64,000 nucleotides of DNA. Origin: Candidatus Eiseniibacteriota bacterium (lineage in GTDB: Bacteria; Eisenbacteria; RBG-16-71-46). The stretch lies in assembly GCA_044223005.1 (NCBI GenBank), contig JBGAML010000001.1:64001-128000 (forward strand), written 5' to 3'. Both the position numbers and the translations under genes were made by a program. The notes beneath the pieces were generated by a model, which searched no databases, was not told the DNA's origin, and was given only the letters and a program-made list of their open reading frames with translations. Within the stretch, counting starts at the first letter, position 1; each line of letters starts with the position of its first letter. Of this stretch, positions 38,096 through 48,797 are shown piece after piece.

Positions 38096-38887
38096 ATGTC
38101 CGAATACGCCATCGAAACCCAGGACCTCACGCGCACGTTCGGCGCCCAGACGGCGCTGGACGCGCTCACGCTGCGGGTCCCCGAAGGCTCGTTCTTCGGG
38201 TTCCTCGGGCCCAACGGCGCGGGCAAGTCGACGACGATCAACATCCTCACCGGGCTGCTGTCCCCGACCTCCGGTTCCGCGCGCATCCTCGGCTACGACG
38301 TGGTGTCGCAGGACCTCGAGATCAAGCGCCGCATCGGCGTCGTGCCCGATGGCCTGCACCTGTTCGACCGCCTCACCGGCATGGAGCACCTGCGCTTCGT
38401 CGGCGAGATCCAGGGCCTCGCGCCGGCGGTCGCGCGCGAACGTGGGCGCGAACTGCTCGAGGCCATGGACCTGGCCGCGTCGGCGAACAAGCCGATCTCC
38501 GGGTACTCCCACGGCATGCGCAAGAAGCTCGCCCTCTCGTGTGCGCTGATCCACGAGCCGCGCGTCCTCTTCCTCGACGAGCCGTTCGAGGGCGTCGATG
38601 CGATCGCGACGCGCGAGATCCGCGAGCTGCTGCAGCGGCTGGTCGCGAAGCGCCGGGTGACCGTCTTCCTCACCTCCCACGTGCTCGAGGTCGTCGAGCG
38701 CCTGTGCACGCGGGTCGGGATCGTCGCGAAGGGACGGCTCGTGGCCGAGGGCTCGCTCGACGAACTGCGCCGCGCCGAGGACGGCTCGACGCGCTCGCTC
38801 GAGGATCTCTTCCTCGACAAGGTCGGCGCCGCGCGGCCCGATGCGGCGGACGGCCTCGACTGGCTGACCGGAGGCCGCGACGCGTGA
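38096..38887 (+). CDS. ABC transporter ATP-binding protein
   Basis: GPNGAGKST, YSHGM, LFLDEP and TSH motifs. Confidence 0.93.
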   Translation: MSEYAIETQDLTRTFGAQTALDALTLRVPEGSFFGFLGPNGAGKSTTINILTGLLSPTSGSARILGYDVVSQDLEIKRRIGVVPDGLHLFDRLTGMEHLRFVGEIQGLAPAVARERGRELLEAMDLAASANKPISGYSHGMRKKLALSCALIHEPRVLFLDEPFEGVDAIATREIRELLQRLVAKRRVTVFLTSHVLEVVERLCTRVGIVAKGRLVAEGSLDELRRAEDGSTRSLEDLFLDKVGAARPDAADGLDWLTGGRDA

Positions 38888-40524
38888 GAACGCTGCGGCT
38901 CCTGCTGTGGCTGCGGTGGAAGCTGTTCCTCGGCGCGACAACGGTCGGCAACCGTGTCGGCGGCGCGGTCTTCACGTTCCTGATGCTGGTCGCGTTCTCG
39001 CCCGCGTGGCTCGGCGGCGCCATCGGCGCGTTCGGCGGGGTCGAGCGCTACGGCGCTCCCGCGGCGATCGTCGCGTTCGGGATCGCCCAGCTCGCGTGGA
39101 TCATGCTCGGCCTGCTCTCGGGCGCGCTCGGGCGCGCGTTCGACCTCGACCTGTTCCTCCGCTACCCGGTGCGGCCGCGCACGGTGTTCTCGATCAACGT
39201 GGTCGCCTCGCTGCTCTCGCCCACGCCGCTCATGATCCTGCCGACGATCGTCGGCGTCGCGCTCGGAGCCGGCGCCCGCTCCGGTCCCGGCGCGATGGTC
39301 GCGGCGGCGGCCGGCGGCGCGCTGCTCATGCTCGTCACGGCCGCGCTGCTGCAGGTACTGCTCGCGCTGCTCGACGAGGCGCTGCGCCGCGAGAGCGTGC
39401 GCTACATCGCGACGGGCCTCATGGCGCTGGTCTTCGTGGGCCTGCAGTTCGTGGCGCGCCTCGCGATGCGCCACCTCGCGCAGGACCTGGCGCAGCGCGT
39501 CCTGCACCGCGAACTCGGCGCCGACGAGGCGCTCGCGCTCGCCGCCGGGCTGTTCGTGCGCATCCCCACGATCGGCGCGCCGGCCGCGGTCGTCGCCGGT
39601 GCGCTCGACGGCGCGCCGCTGCGGCTCGCGCTCGGGATCGCGGGCTCGCTGGGGCTGCTCGCGCTCGCGATCGTTCCGGGCGCCGCGCTGATGCGCCACA
39701 CCGTGCGCGGCGGCGAGAGCCACGCGGCCCGGCCCGCGGGCACCGTGCGCGAATCGAACGGCGGGTTCGGGCTCGGCCGCTCGTTCCTGCCGCCCGTGGC
39801 GGCGCTCGTGCTTCGGCGCGAGGTGCTGCAGACGCTGCGCCACCCGCAGCGCCTGATGTCGGTCGTGATGGCGCCGCTCATCAGCATCGTCTTCTTCTTC
39901 ACCGCCCGTCCCGGCCACAACCACGGAATCATCAGCGCGCTGTTCGTCCTGCTGATGCTCGCCTCCGCGGCGGGCTCGTCCAGCCTGCTGCTCTTCGCCT
40001 ACGACGGGCCTGGCGTGCGTTCGTTCTTCCTCCTGCCGTGCCGCGCGCGGGACGTCCTGCTGGGCAAGAACCTCGAGCAGCTCATGCGGCTCGTGATCCA
40101 GGTGATGCTCGCGCTCGTGGTGCTCGGCCTGCTCGCCCGCGGGCTCTGGACGCCGCTCTTCGTCACCGCGCTCATCGCCGCGATCGCGGTCATCGCCTGC
40201 ACGCTCGCCGCGGGGACGGCGGTATCCATCCGCCAGCCCGTGCGCGCCCGCCGTCGCGGACTCACCGGCCGAGGCGCGAACAGCTGGGAATCGATGGCCG
40301 TCTCGATCGGCACCTGGCTCGCCGGCGCGCTCGTCGGCGGCATCATCTGGGGTACGCGCCGGCTCTCGGGTCCGTGGGCGGATCCGGCCGGACTCGCGGT
40401 GGCCGTTCTCGCGCTCGCCGCGGGGATCGCGATCTGGTGGCGGTCGCTCGATCTCAACGCGGCCCTCATGCTGGAGCGGCGCGAGCGGCTGATCGAGGTG
40501 CTCGGGCGCATCGAGGAGGAGTGA
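38884..40524 (+). CDS. ABC-2 type exporter permease
   Basis: GTGA overlap with the ATPase gene. About 12 TMs in two halves. Confidence 0.78.
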   Translation: MRTLRLLLWLRWKLFLGATTVGNRVGGAVFTFLMLVAFSPAWLGGAIGAFGGVERYGAPAAIVAFGIAQLAWIMLGLLSGALGRAFDLDLFLRYPVRPRTVFSINVVASLLSPTPLMILPTIVGVALGAGARSGPGAMVAAAAGGALLMLVTAALLQVLLALLDEALRRESVRYIATGLMALVFVGLQFVARLAMRHLAQDLAQRVLHRELGADEALALAAGLFVRIPTIGAPAAVVAGALDGAPLRLALGIAGSLGLLALAIVPGAALMRHTVRGGESHAARPAGTVRESNGGFGLGRSFLPPVAALVLRREVLQTLRHPQRLMSVVMAPLISIVFFFTARPGHNHGIISALFVLLMLASAAGSSSLLLFAYDGPGVRSFFLLPCRARDVLLGKNLEQLMRLVIQVMLALVVLGLLARGLWTPLFVTALIAAIAVIACTLAAGTAVSIRQPVRARRRGLTGRGANSWESMAVSIGTWLAGALVGGIIWGTRRLSGPWADPAGLAVAVLALAAGIAIWWRSLDLNAALMLERRERLIEVLGRIEEE

Positions 40525-40600
40525 GCGCCGCGTTGCGGCCGTCGCGCGCGCCCGTTAGGCTCCCTCGCCCTCACTCCGTCGCGACTCCCCCGAGGAACCC

Positions 40601-41755
40601 ATGAACGCCCCCACGCCCCGCTCGCTCGCCGTGATCGGCGCCGGCCCGGTCGGCCTCGAAGCCGCCGCCGCCGCGCTCGAAGCCGGATTCGACGTCCACG
40701 TGTTCGAACGCGGCGAAGTCGGCGCGCACCCGCTCGCCTGGGGCCACGTCCGGATGTTCACGCCGTGGCGCGCGAACGTCGGCCCGGCCTCGGCGCGGCT
40801 GCTCGCGCGGAACGGCTGGACCCCGCCGGAGCCCGAGACGTGCCCGAGCGGCGCCGAGCTCGCCGCGACGCTGCTCGCGCCGCTGGCGGCGTGCCCCGAG
40901 CTGAAGGGCCGCATCCACGAGCATTCGCACGTCGCGCACGTCTCCCGCCGCGGCCGGCGCCGCGGCGAGGGTCTCGCAGACGGCTCGCGGCGCAGCGCGC
41001 CGTTCCGGCTGCTCGTGCGCGACGCGGGCGGACGCGAGAACTTCCTGCACGCGTTCGCGGTGATCGACGCGAGCGGCGTCTACGGGACGCCGAACCGCGC
41101 CGGCACCGGCGGCATCCCGGCGCGCGGTGAGACCTACCTCGCGCCGCAGATGACCGTGCGCTGCGACGACGTCGCCGGGTTGCGGCGCGCGCGTCACGCG
41201 GGACGGCGCACGCTGGTGATCGGCGGCGGCGCTTCGGCCGCCACGACGGTCCTCGCGCTGGCCGGCCTGGCCGCCGAGGTGCCCGGCACCACGGTGGCGT
41301 GGGCGACGCGCGCCGCGGGCGGCCCGTTCGCCGGTGAACGCGAGAACGATCCGCTGCCCGCGCGAGCCGCGCTGCACGCCGCCGCGCACGCGCTGCGCGA
41401 CGGTTCCGACCCGGCGGTGACCGGGATCGGTGGCGCCGAGGTGGAGGGCTTCGAGTTCAACTCCGCGACCCACCGCTACCGGGTCGCGCTCGCGCAGGAC
41501 GGCCGTACGCGCATCGAGGAAGTGGACGAAGTGGTGATCAACACCGGCTTCTCCGCCGACGACTCGATCCATCGCGAACTCGACGTGCGCCTTCCCGACG
41601 GCGAGGCCAGCGCCGAGCCGCTGGAGCAGGTCGAGCCCGACTACTGGATCGTGGGCGCCAAGTCGGCCGCGCGCGCGAGCGACGTGCGGCTCGAGAAGGG
41701 TTACGCGCAGGTGGCGGCCGTGGTCGCGCGCCTGTCCGCGGCGTTCCCGGCCTGA
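40601..41755 (+). CDS. FAD-dependent oxidoreductase / flavoprotein monooxygenase
   Basis: Two Rossmann motifs (IGAGPVG, IGGGASA), WGHVRMFTPW, DASG and NTG. Confidence 0.8.
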   Translation: MNAPTPRSLAVIGAGPVGLEAAAAALEAGFDVHVFERGEVGAHPLAWGHVRMFTPWRANVGPASARLLARNGWTPPEPETCPSGAELAATLLAPLAACPELKGRIHEHSHVAHVSRRGRRRGEGLADGSRRSAPFRLLVRDAGGRENFLHAFAVIDASGVYGTPNRAGTGGIPARGETYLAPQMTVRCDDVAGLRRARHAGRRTLVIGGGASAATTVLALAGLAAEVPGTTVAWATRAAGGPFAGERENDPLPARAALHAAAHALRDGSDPAVTGIGGAEVEGFEFNSATHRYRVALAQDGRTRIEEVDEVVINTGFSADDSIHRELDVRLPDGEASAEPLEQVEPDYWIVGAKSAARASDVRLEKGYAQVAAVVARLSAAFPA

Positions 41756-41765
41756 GGCGCGGCGA

Positions 41766-43463
41766 TCAGCGCTGCACGGTGACGCTGCGCGTGGCGAGCG
41801 AGCGGCCGTCGACCGTGAGGCGCGCGAAGTAGACGCCGCCGGGAAGACGCCGGCCGGCATCGTCGCGGGTGTCCCACTCGATGCGATGCCCGCCGGCGTC
41901 GAACGCCTCGCGGGACAGCGTCCGCACGCGGCGCCCCATGGCGTCGAAGATCGCGAGGTCCGCGCGTCCCGGCTGCTCGAGCGCGAACGCGAGCGACGCG
42001 CGATCGCTCGCCGGGTTCGGAGCCGCGAGCATGCGCCCGGCCACCGGCGGCGGGATCACTTCGAGCGGTACGCGCTCGCAGTAGAGGTCGTTGGTGCCAC
42101 GCAGGTCGACCCACATCGCGATGCCCACGGTGTCGGGGCCGGACACGATCGCCGACTGGAACTGGCTGCCGCTCGCGGTGCAGATGCCCTCGCCCGTCGC
42201 GGCCCACACCGCGACGCCGAGCGAGTCGAGCCGCTGCGCGTAGATGTCGGTGCCCGCGCCGGTGCGATCGTCCTCCCACGCGAAGAGCGCGCCGCCGAGC
42301 CCGTCCGCCGTCACCGCCGGGAACAGGTGCGTTCCGGGGCCGGCGTACACCGGCTGGCCGGAGGGATCCCACAGCAGCGTGGCCGAGCCGTCGATGCGCT
42401 GGGCGTAGACGTCCGCGCGCGTGCGCGTGTCGGTCCACGCGAGCACGATGCCGCCGCGCGCATCGGTGGCCAGCGCCGGCGCCAGCTGGTCCGCACCGTT
42501 CGTGCACGCGGCGACCCCGTTCGCGGGCGCGGTCAGGAACCCGAGGCCGCTGACGCGCTGCGCCCACACCGCGAACGCCGGACCCCGCAGGTCCTGCCAC
42601 GCGATCCATGCGCCGCCCGCGCTGTCCGCGACGGCGAGCGGATGGAACTGGTCACCGTCCGCCGTGCACACGGGCAGGCCGTCGGTGGCGAAGAACGCCT
42701 GGCCCTCGGGACCCACGTGCTGCACGAGCACGTCGAGCCCGGCCGGGTCCTGCTGCGACCACGCGACGAGCGCGCCACCCGCGAAGTCCGGGACGATCGC
42801 GGGCTCGTACTGCGCGGCGCTCGAACTGCTGACCGGAACGCCGTCGAGCGCCCAGCGCGGCGCACCGGCCTCCGGCTCGAGCCGCTGCGCGTAGATGCGC
42901 GGGCCGTCGCGGTAATCCTCCCACGCGATCACGACGCCCGCGGGCGAGGCGCCCGTCGTGTCGGTCGCGATCACGGGCATGCCCTGCTGGCCCACCACCG
43001 TGCAGACGGGGACGCCGTTGAATGCCCACACGGGCGTGCCCGTGGAGTCGACGCGCTGCGCGTACACGTCGCCCGCCGGGTCCGTGCGGAAGTCGCGCCA
43101 CGCGACGATCACGCCGCCCGCGCCGTCGGAAACCAGGATCGGCTGCTCCTGCTTGTTCGCGCCGCCGCAGGTGAGCACGCCTTCGGTGTGCCAGAGCACC
43201 GCGCCCGACGCGCTCACGTGCTGCACGTAGATGTCCGAGAGCACGAAGCGCGTGTCGGTCCACGCCGTGAACATGCCGCCGGCGCCGTCGCTGATCGCGT
43301 TCCGGTAGTTCTGCGAGCCGGTGGCCTTGCACACGGGCACGTTCACCGTCGGCCCGGGCCACTGCGCGCGCGCGGGCATGGCGGCGCCCGCGAGCAGGAA
43401 CGCGAGAAGCGCGGCCACTCGCCCCCCTCGGGCGAACGCGATGCGGAACGGATGTCGGTGCAC
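41766..43463 (-). CDS. Secreted DGxGG/YAQR-repeat beta-propeller protein with a C-terminal FlgD-Ig domain (paralogue of 2035..4449)
   Basis: Signal peptide ending AMPARA-QW, eight repeats, and APNP...WDTRDDAGR...GGVYFARL. The GTG start is approximate. Confidence 0.78.
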   Translation of the reverse strand: MHRHPFRIAFARGGRVAALLAFLLAGAAMPARAQWPGPTVNVPVCKATGSQNYRNAISDGAGGMFTAWTDTRFVLSDIYVQHVSASGAVLWHTEGVLTCGGANKQEQPILVSDGAGGVIVAWRDFRTDPAGDVYAQRVDSTGTPVWAFNGVPVCTVVGQQGMPVIATDTTGASPAGVVIAWEDYRDGPRIYAQRLEPEAGAPRWALDGVPVSSSSAAQYEPAIVPDFAGGALVAWSQQDPAGLDVLVQHVGPEGQAFFATDGLPVCTADGDQFHPLAVADSAGGAWIAWQDLRGPAFAVWAQRVSGLGFLTAPANGVAACTNGADQLAPALATDARGGIVLAWTDTRTRADVYAQRIDGSATLLWDPSGQPVYAGPGTHLFPAVTADGLGGALFAWEDDRTGAGTDIYAQRLDSLGVAVWAATGEGICTASGSQFQSAIVSGPDTVGIAMWVDLRGTNDLYCERVPLEVIPPPVAGRMLAAPNPASDRASLAFALEQPGRADLAIFDAMGRRVRTLSREAFDAGGHRIEWDTRDDAGRRLPGGVYFARLTVDGRSLATRSVTVQR

Positions 43464-43589
43464 GGGAGTCGGGCTCTCCGGGAGGACGCGGGCGCAGGGA
43501 CGCCCCGCGCCGGCAAATCGTCCCTGCCCCGGATGGTGCTTGTCAACGGTGGGCTCGCGCCCCTGCGATCCGGCGGGTAACCTGCGGCC

Positions 43590-45053
43590 ATGCCGCTCGC
43601 TCCCGCCGTTCTCGCCGAACTCGAGGCCCTGCTCGGCCCCGGCGGCGTGCTGGCCGGCCGCACGGACCGCTTCACCTACGAGGCCGATGCGCTGGTGCTC
43701 GAGCGGCACTCGCCGGACGTGGTCGCGTTGCCGCGCTCGACCGACGAGGTCGCCGCGGTGGTGCGCTGGGCCGCGGCGCGCGGGCTCGCGGTGACCCCGC
43801 GCGGAGCGGGCACCGGCCTCGCGGGCGGTTGCACCTGCGAGCAGGGCGGCGTGGCGCTCTCGCTCAACCGCATGGATCGCGTGCTGGCGGTCGACGCGGA
43901 GCGGATGTTCGCCTGGGTGCAGCCCGGGGTCGTGAACCTCTGGCTCTCGCAGCAGCTCGCGCCGAGCGGGCTGCATTTCGCGCCCGACCCGGCGTCGCAG
44001 CAGGTGAGCACGATCGGCGGCAACGTCGCGACCAACGCCGGCGGTCCGCACTGCCTCAAGTACGGCGTGACGCTGAACCACGTGCTCGGCATCACGGTCG
44101 TGCTCGCGGACGGCACCGCGGTCACGCTGGGCGGCGACGCGTGCGACGCGCCGGACTTCGACCTCGCGGCGGTCGTCACGGGCAGCGAAGGCACGCTCGC
44201 GATCGTCACCGAGATCTGCGTCCGCCTCCTGCCGGTGCCCGAAGCCGTGAAGACGCTCCTCTTCGACTTCAGGACGATCGAGGACGCGTGCGTCACCGTG
44301 TCGCGCGTGATCGCCGAGGGCATCGTGCCCGCGGCGATGGAGATCATGGACCGGCACACGGTGGAGCTGGTCGAGGCGTGGCTGCACCTGGGCCTGCCGA
44401 CCGACGCGGCCGCGGTCCTGCTGATCGAGGTCGACGGCCCCGCCACGGCGCTGCCGGGGCAGGCCGAGCGTATCGCCGCGATCGCGCGCGAGCAGCACGC
44501 GCGCTCCGAGCGCGTGGCGCGCGACGAGGCCGAGCGGGTGCAGCTCTGGCGCGGCCGCAAGTCGTCGTTCGGCGCCTACGGCCGCTCGGCGAGCGGCTTC
44601 TACATCATGGATGGCGTCGTGCCGCGCACGCGGCTGGCGGAGGCGCTGACCAACATCTACGCGTTCGCGGCGGCGCGCGGACTGCACGCGGGCAACGTGT
44701 TCCACGCCGGCGACGGCAACCTGCACCCGCACGTGCTGTTCGACGCGAACTCGCCGGAGCAGCAGCAGGCGGCGCTCGAGGTCTCGCACGAGATCCTGCG
44801 CATGTGCATCCGGTTCGGCGGCACGATCTCGGGCGAGCACGGCGTCGGGATCGAGAAGCGCCCGATGATGTCCGAGCTCTTCACGCCCGCCGATCTCGAC
44901 GCGATGGACCGGCTGCGCGGCGCGTTCGATTCCGCGCGGCGGCTCAACCCGGGCAAGGTGCTCCCCGGTGGCGGCGGCTGCGGCGAGGCGCACGCGCCCG
45001 CGCAGCTGGGCGGCATGACCGTGCGCGACGACGTCCCGGGAGCGTGGATATGA
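43590..45053 (+). CDS. glcD: Glycolate oxidase FAD-linked subunit GlcD
   Basis: RGAGTGLAGG, APDPAS, HCLKYG, HAGDGNLHP and SGEHGVG motifs. Confidence 0.85.
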   Translation: MPLAPAVLAELEALLGPGGVLAGRTDRFTYEADALVLERHSPDVVALPRSTDEVAAVVRWAAARGLAVTPRGAGTGLAGGCTCEQGGVALSLNRMDRVLAVDAERMFAWVQPGVVNLWLSQQLAPSGLHFAPDPASQQVSTIGGNVATNAGGPHCLKYGVTLNHVLGITVVLADGTAVTLGGDACDAPDFDLAAVVTGSEGTLAIVTEICVRLLPVPEAVKTLLFDFRTIEDACVTVSRVIAEGIVPAAMEIMDRHTVELVEAWLHLGLPTDAAAVLLIEVDGPATALPGQAERIAAIAREQHARSERVARDEAERVQLWRGRKSSFGAYGRSASGFYIMDGVVPRTRLAEALTNIYAFAAARGLHAGNVFHAGDGNLHPHVLFDANSPEQQQAALEVSHEILRMCIRFGGTISGEHGVGIEKRPMMSELFTPADLDAMDRLRGAFDSARRLNPGKVLPGGGGCGEAHAPAQLGGMTVRDDVPGAWI

Positions 45054-46270
45054 GCCCGCTCGCGCTGCCCGCGGACCGCACGCGCGACACGGCCGCATAC
45101 GCGATCGGCGGCGTCCGCCCCGCGCAGGCCGCGCGCCCCGCGACGCCGGAGGAAGCCGTCGCGGTGGTGGACGGGTGCGCGCGCGCGCGGCTCGCACTCG
45201 TGCCGTGGGGTGGCGGCACGGCGCTCGCCCACGCGCCGGCACCGGAGCGCTACGACGTCGCGCTCGACCTGACGGGCCTCGCGCGCGTGGTGCGCCACGA
45301 GCGCGACGACTTCACCGTCACCGCCGAGTGCGGCGTGACGCTCGCGGCGCTCGGCGCGCTGCTCGAGCGGCACGGCCAGGAGCTGCCGCTCGAGGCTCCG
45401 GCGCCGGAGCGCGCGACGTTCGGCGGCGTGCTGGCCGCGAACGCGAGCGGCGCCCGACGGCTCGCGCTGGGCGCTCCGCGCGACCGGATCCTCGGCGCGC
45501 GGTTCGTGCTGGGCGACGGCACGTTCGCGCGCACGGGCGGGCGCGTGGTGAAGAACGTGGCCGGGCACGCCGTGCACCGACTGCTGGTCGGCGCGCGCGG
45601 AGGACTCGGCATCCTGCTCGAAGCGAGCGTGAAGCTCCTGCCGCAGCCACCCGCGCGGGCGGCGGTCGTGCACGGCGTGGACGCCGGCACGCTGGCCGAC
45701 CGGGCGCGCTGGGCGACGTTCCCGCGCCGCGAGCCGGCGGTTCTCACCGTCGTCGGCGCCGCCGCCACCGCGGGCGCGCCGGCACTCGCGACCGGTGCGC
45801 CGTTCACCACCGTCACGGGCTTCGAGGGCGACCCCGCATGGGTCGACGCGTCGGTCGCGTTCGCGACGCAGGCGCTGGGCGCGCCGGTGCGCGTGCTGCG
45901 CGACGCGGAGGTGCCCGCGCTCTGGCGCGCGCTCGCGGCGCTCCCGGCGACCCGCGGCCCGCGGTTCGTCTTCACGACCGCGAGCAACACGCCCACGGCG
46001 CTGCGGGCGATCGCCCGCGACGACGACGCGGATTCGCTCGTCTTCCACGCGCCCGCGGGGCGCCTGTCGCTCTCGCCGGCACCGGACGCCGCGGCCGCTC
46101 GCATGGCGGCGCTGGCGGCCGCCGGCTTCACGCCGATCGCGGTGCAGGGCGTGGACGCGGCTCTGCCCGCGGCGCCCGCCGCGGTGCGGGCACTGCGCGA
46201 GCGGATCGCGGAAGCGCTCGATCCGGCGGACACGCTCGCCTTCACCGCCCGCTGGCGCGCCGGGCGCTGA
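45050..46270 (+). CDS. glcE: Glycolate oxidase FAD-binding subunit GlcE-like
   Basis: ATGA overlap with glcD. ATFGG, RDRILG and GGRVVKNVAG motifs. Confidence 0.78.
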   Translation: MSPLALPADRTRDTAAYAIGGVRPAQAARPATPEEAVAVVDGCARARLALVPWGGGTALAHAPAPERYDVALDLTGLARVVRHERDDFTVTAECGVTLAALGALLERHGQELPLEAPAPERATFGGVLAANASGARRLALGAPRDRILGARFVLGDGTFARTGGRVVKNVAGHAVHRLLVGARGGLGILLEASVKLLPQPPARAAVVHGVDAGTLADRARWATFPRREPAVLTVVGAAATAGAPALATGAPFTTVTGFEGDPAWVDASVAFATQALGAPVRVLRDAEVPALWRALAALPATRGPRFVFTTASNTPTALRAIARDDDADSLVFHAPAGRLSLSPAPDAAAARMAALAAAGFTPIAVQGVDAALPAAPAAVRALRERIAEALDPADTLAFTARWRAGR

Positions 46271-46347
46271 CGGCGCGTCCGCCGCGGTGTACGGTGGCGC
46301 CGCCGTCGCGGCGCGCGCCGCGGCACGCTTCCACCGGAGGTGAAGCC

Positions 46348-47340
46348 ATGCGCATCGTCCTCGCCCTGCTGCTCACCACCGCGTGCGCCACGCCCGCCGT
46401 CGCGGCCCGCCGCGACCCGCTCGCGCACACGTACTCGATCGTCGCGCGCGACCCGCGCACCGGCGAGCTCGGCGTGGCGGTGCAGTCGCACTACTTCTCG
46501 GTCGGGCCGGTCGTGCCGTGGGCCGAAGCCGGCGTCGGCGCCGTGGCGACGCAGTCGCTGGTGCTGGTCGACTACGGCCCGCAGGGGCTCGAGCTCATGC
46601 GCAAGGGCTTCACCGCGAAGCAGGCGCTCGATTCGCTGCTCGCCGCCGATCCGCACCACGAAGGCCGCCAGGTCGCGATGGTCGACGCGCACGGTGGTGT
46701 CGCCGCGTGGACGGGACCGGCGTGCATTCCCGACGCGGGCGACGCGCAGGGCGAACAGTTCAGCTGCCAGGCGAACCTGATGGCCAACGCGACGGTATGG
46801 CCGGCGATGAAGACCGTGTTCGAGCACGCGGAGGGCGACCTCGCCGAGCGCATGATGCAGGCGCTCGAGGCCGCCGAGCGCGCGGGCGGCGACATCCGTG
46901 GGCGGCAGTCGGCGGCGATCCTCGTGGTGAAGGCCACCGGCTCGGGCAAGCCGTGGAACGACGTGGTCGTGAACCTGCGCGTCGAGGACCATCCGCAGCC
47001 GCTCGTCGAACTGCGCCGGCTGCTGCGGCTGCGCCGGGCCTACAACCTCGAGGACCAGGGCGACGCGTTCACGTCGGAACAGCAGCCCGAGAAGGCCGCG
47101 CAGGCCTACGCCGAGGCGATGCGGCTCGCGCCCGACGTGGTGGAGCTGCAGTTCTGGGCGGCGTCGACCATGTACCAGAACGGGCGCAAGGAAGAAGCGC
47201 GCGCGCTCTTCCGCAAGGTGTTCGCCCGCGAGCCGCGCTGGGCGCCGCTGATCCCGCGGCTCGCAAAGGTGGGCCTGTTCCCGAACGACCCCGCGCAGAT
47301 CGACGACGTCGTGAAGCTGGCCCCGCCGGCGAAGCGGTAA
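46348..47340 (+). CDS. DUF1028 (Ntn-hydrolase-like) secreted protein with a C-terminal TPR
   Basis: GGAGG RBS, signal peptide, TYSIVARD..GVAVQS, GAVATQS, GGDIRGRQSA and LRVEDHPQP. Confidence 0.85.
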   Translation: MRIVLALLLTTACATPAVAARRDPLAHTYSIVARDPRTGELGVAVQSHYFSVGPVVPWAEAGVGAVATQSLVLVDYGPQGLELMRKGFTAKQALDSLLAADPHHEGRQVAMVDAHGGVAAWTGPACIPDAGDAQGEQFSCQANLMANATVWPAMKTVFEHAEGDLAERMMQALEAAERAGGDIRGRQSAAILVVKATGSGKPWNDVVVNLRVEDHPQPLVELRRLLRLRRAYNLEDQGDAFTSEQQPEKAAQAYAEAMRLAPDVVELQFWAASTMYQNGRKEEARALFRKVFAREPRWAPLIPRLAKVGLFPNDPAQIDDVVKLAPPAKR

Positions 47341-47352
47341 CACCGCGAACGA

Positions 47353-47387
47353 CTCGGGGCCCGCACCACGAGGGTGCGGGCCCCGAG
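47353..47387. terminator. 15-bp perfect inverted repeat between convergent genes
   Basis: ctcggggcccgcacc-acgag-ggtgcgggccccgag. Confidence 0.7.
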
Positions 47388-47417
47388 CACCTGCGAACGT
47401 CGGGATCGGGCCGGCGC

Positions 47418-48584
47418 TCAGCCGCCGATCGCGCTGCGCGCGCCCTGGTCGCGCCAGGGTCCGCGTTCGCGGTCGGTCACGCCGCGCAGCTCCTCGAGCA
47501 GCGCCGTGACCGACGCCGCGCGGGAGTCCCACGTGTGGCCGGCACGCACGGTCTCGCGGGCGCGTGCGCCCAGCCGGGTGCGCTGCGGCGCGTCGGCGAC
47601 GAGGTCCGTGAGGGCCTGCGCCAGTTCGGCGCCGTCGCTCGGCGACACCAGCCGCGCGTCGTATCCCGGCGTGGCGACTCCGCGCACGCCGTCCGTGGCC
47701 GGCGCCACGACCGCGCGCTGCAGCGCCATCGACTCGAGCAGCGCGAGCGGCGTGCCACCGTCGTCGCCCCCGCCGGTCACGACGACGTCGCAGAGCGCGA
47801 GGTGCGCCGGGACCGCGCGGTGCGGCACGCGGCCGCAGAGCACGAGCCGAGTGTGCGTGCGATCGGCGACACGCAGCGCGGGGTTGCGCTCCTCGCCGTC
47901 GCCGATCACGACGAGACGCGCGCCCTGCTCGGACGGCAGCGTGGCGACGGCCTCGACGAGGGGCAGCAGCCCGCTGTCCGCGTGCAGGTCGCCGAAGAAG
48001 CCGACGCGCACGCCACACGCCGGCAGGCAGAGCTGCTCGACGGCGCGCTGGACCAGTTCGGGCGCGGGCGCTTCGAGGAACTCGGCGCCGGCGGCGTTGG
48101 TCACCACGGCCACCGGCCGGTCGCCGTCCATCAACTCGCGCAGGCGGCTCCCCGAGTTGGGGCTCGTCGTGATCGCCCCGCGCGTCAGCGCCAGCGCTTC
48201 GGGCAGCGCGCCGCGCACGGAGGTGCTCGTGGCGAGACCGCCCGCGCTCAGGTCGCCCTCGATGTCGTACACGTGCGGGATGCCGGCTTCGCCAGCGGCG
48301 CGCACGCCCTCGAGCGAGCCCGGCATCAGGCGCTCGAGCACCACGTCGGGTTCGATCTGGGAGAAATGCCAGTCGATTTCGCGAACGCTCACGGGCATGC
48401 GCAGCGTGCGCACTCGGACGCCCGACTCCGCTGCCGCCGCATCCGCATCGGCGCCGGCGCAGAGCATGGTCACGTCGTGGCCCGCGCGCGCGAGGGCGAG
48501 CGCAAGACCGCGCAGGCGCACGGGCCAGCGGCGGCCGTCGCCGGTGATCAGCTCGGGATCCGTACAGAGCAGCGCGATGCGCAT
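47418..48584 (-). CDS. Glycosyltransferase family 4 (GT-B)
   Basis: MRIALL..LARAGHDVT, VIGDG, and TPLALLESMA..VVA motifs. Confidence 0.85.
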   Translation of the reverse strand: MRIALLCTDPELITGDGRRWPVRLRGLALALARAGHDVTMLCAGADADAAAAESGVRVRTLRMPVSVREIDWHFSQIEPDVVLERLMPGSLEGVRAAGEAGIPHVYDIEGDLSAGGLATSTSVRGALPEALALTRGAITTSPNSGSRLRELMDGDRPVAVVTNAAGAEFLEAPAPELVQRAVEQLCLPACGVRVGFFGDLHADSGLLPLVEAVATLPSEQGARLVVIGDGEERNPALRVADRTHTRLVLCGRVPHRAVPAHLALCDVVVTGGGDDGGTPLALLESMALQRAVVAPATDGVRGVATPGYDARLVSPSDGAELAQALTDLVADAPQRTRLGARARETVRAGHTWDSRAASVTALLEELRGVTDRERGPWRDQGARSAIGG

Positions 48585-48675
48585 GCGCGCCTCTCGAGGG
48601 ATTTGGGTCACGGAGGGGAACGAGGGACCTGTCCAGAACCGTGAAGCAGGCGCACTTCCGCCGCTTCTCATCCTC

Positions 48676-48704
48676 AGAGGTGGGGCGGGCGTCCCGTTGG
48701 ATAC
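48676..48704 (-). promoter_or_regulatory. Putative ECF-sigma promoter for the GT4 gene (GTATC-N18-ACCTCT)
   Basis: Minus strand tGTATC-caacgggacgcccgcccc-ACCTCT. The boxes and spacing are identical to 49390..49418. Confidence 0.62.
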
Positions 48705-48797
48705 ATCCTCCCCCGGTGGCGCCCGGCGCGGGGCCGTCGCCGGGGGCCGAACGAGCCCGCACGTGCGCAACGACAACGACTTCGCTAAGGTTTCGGC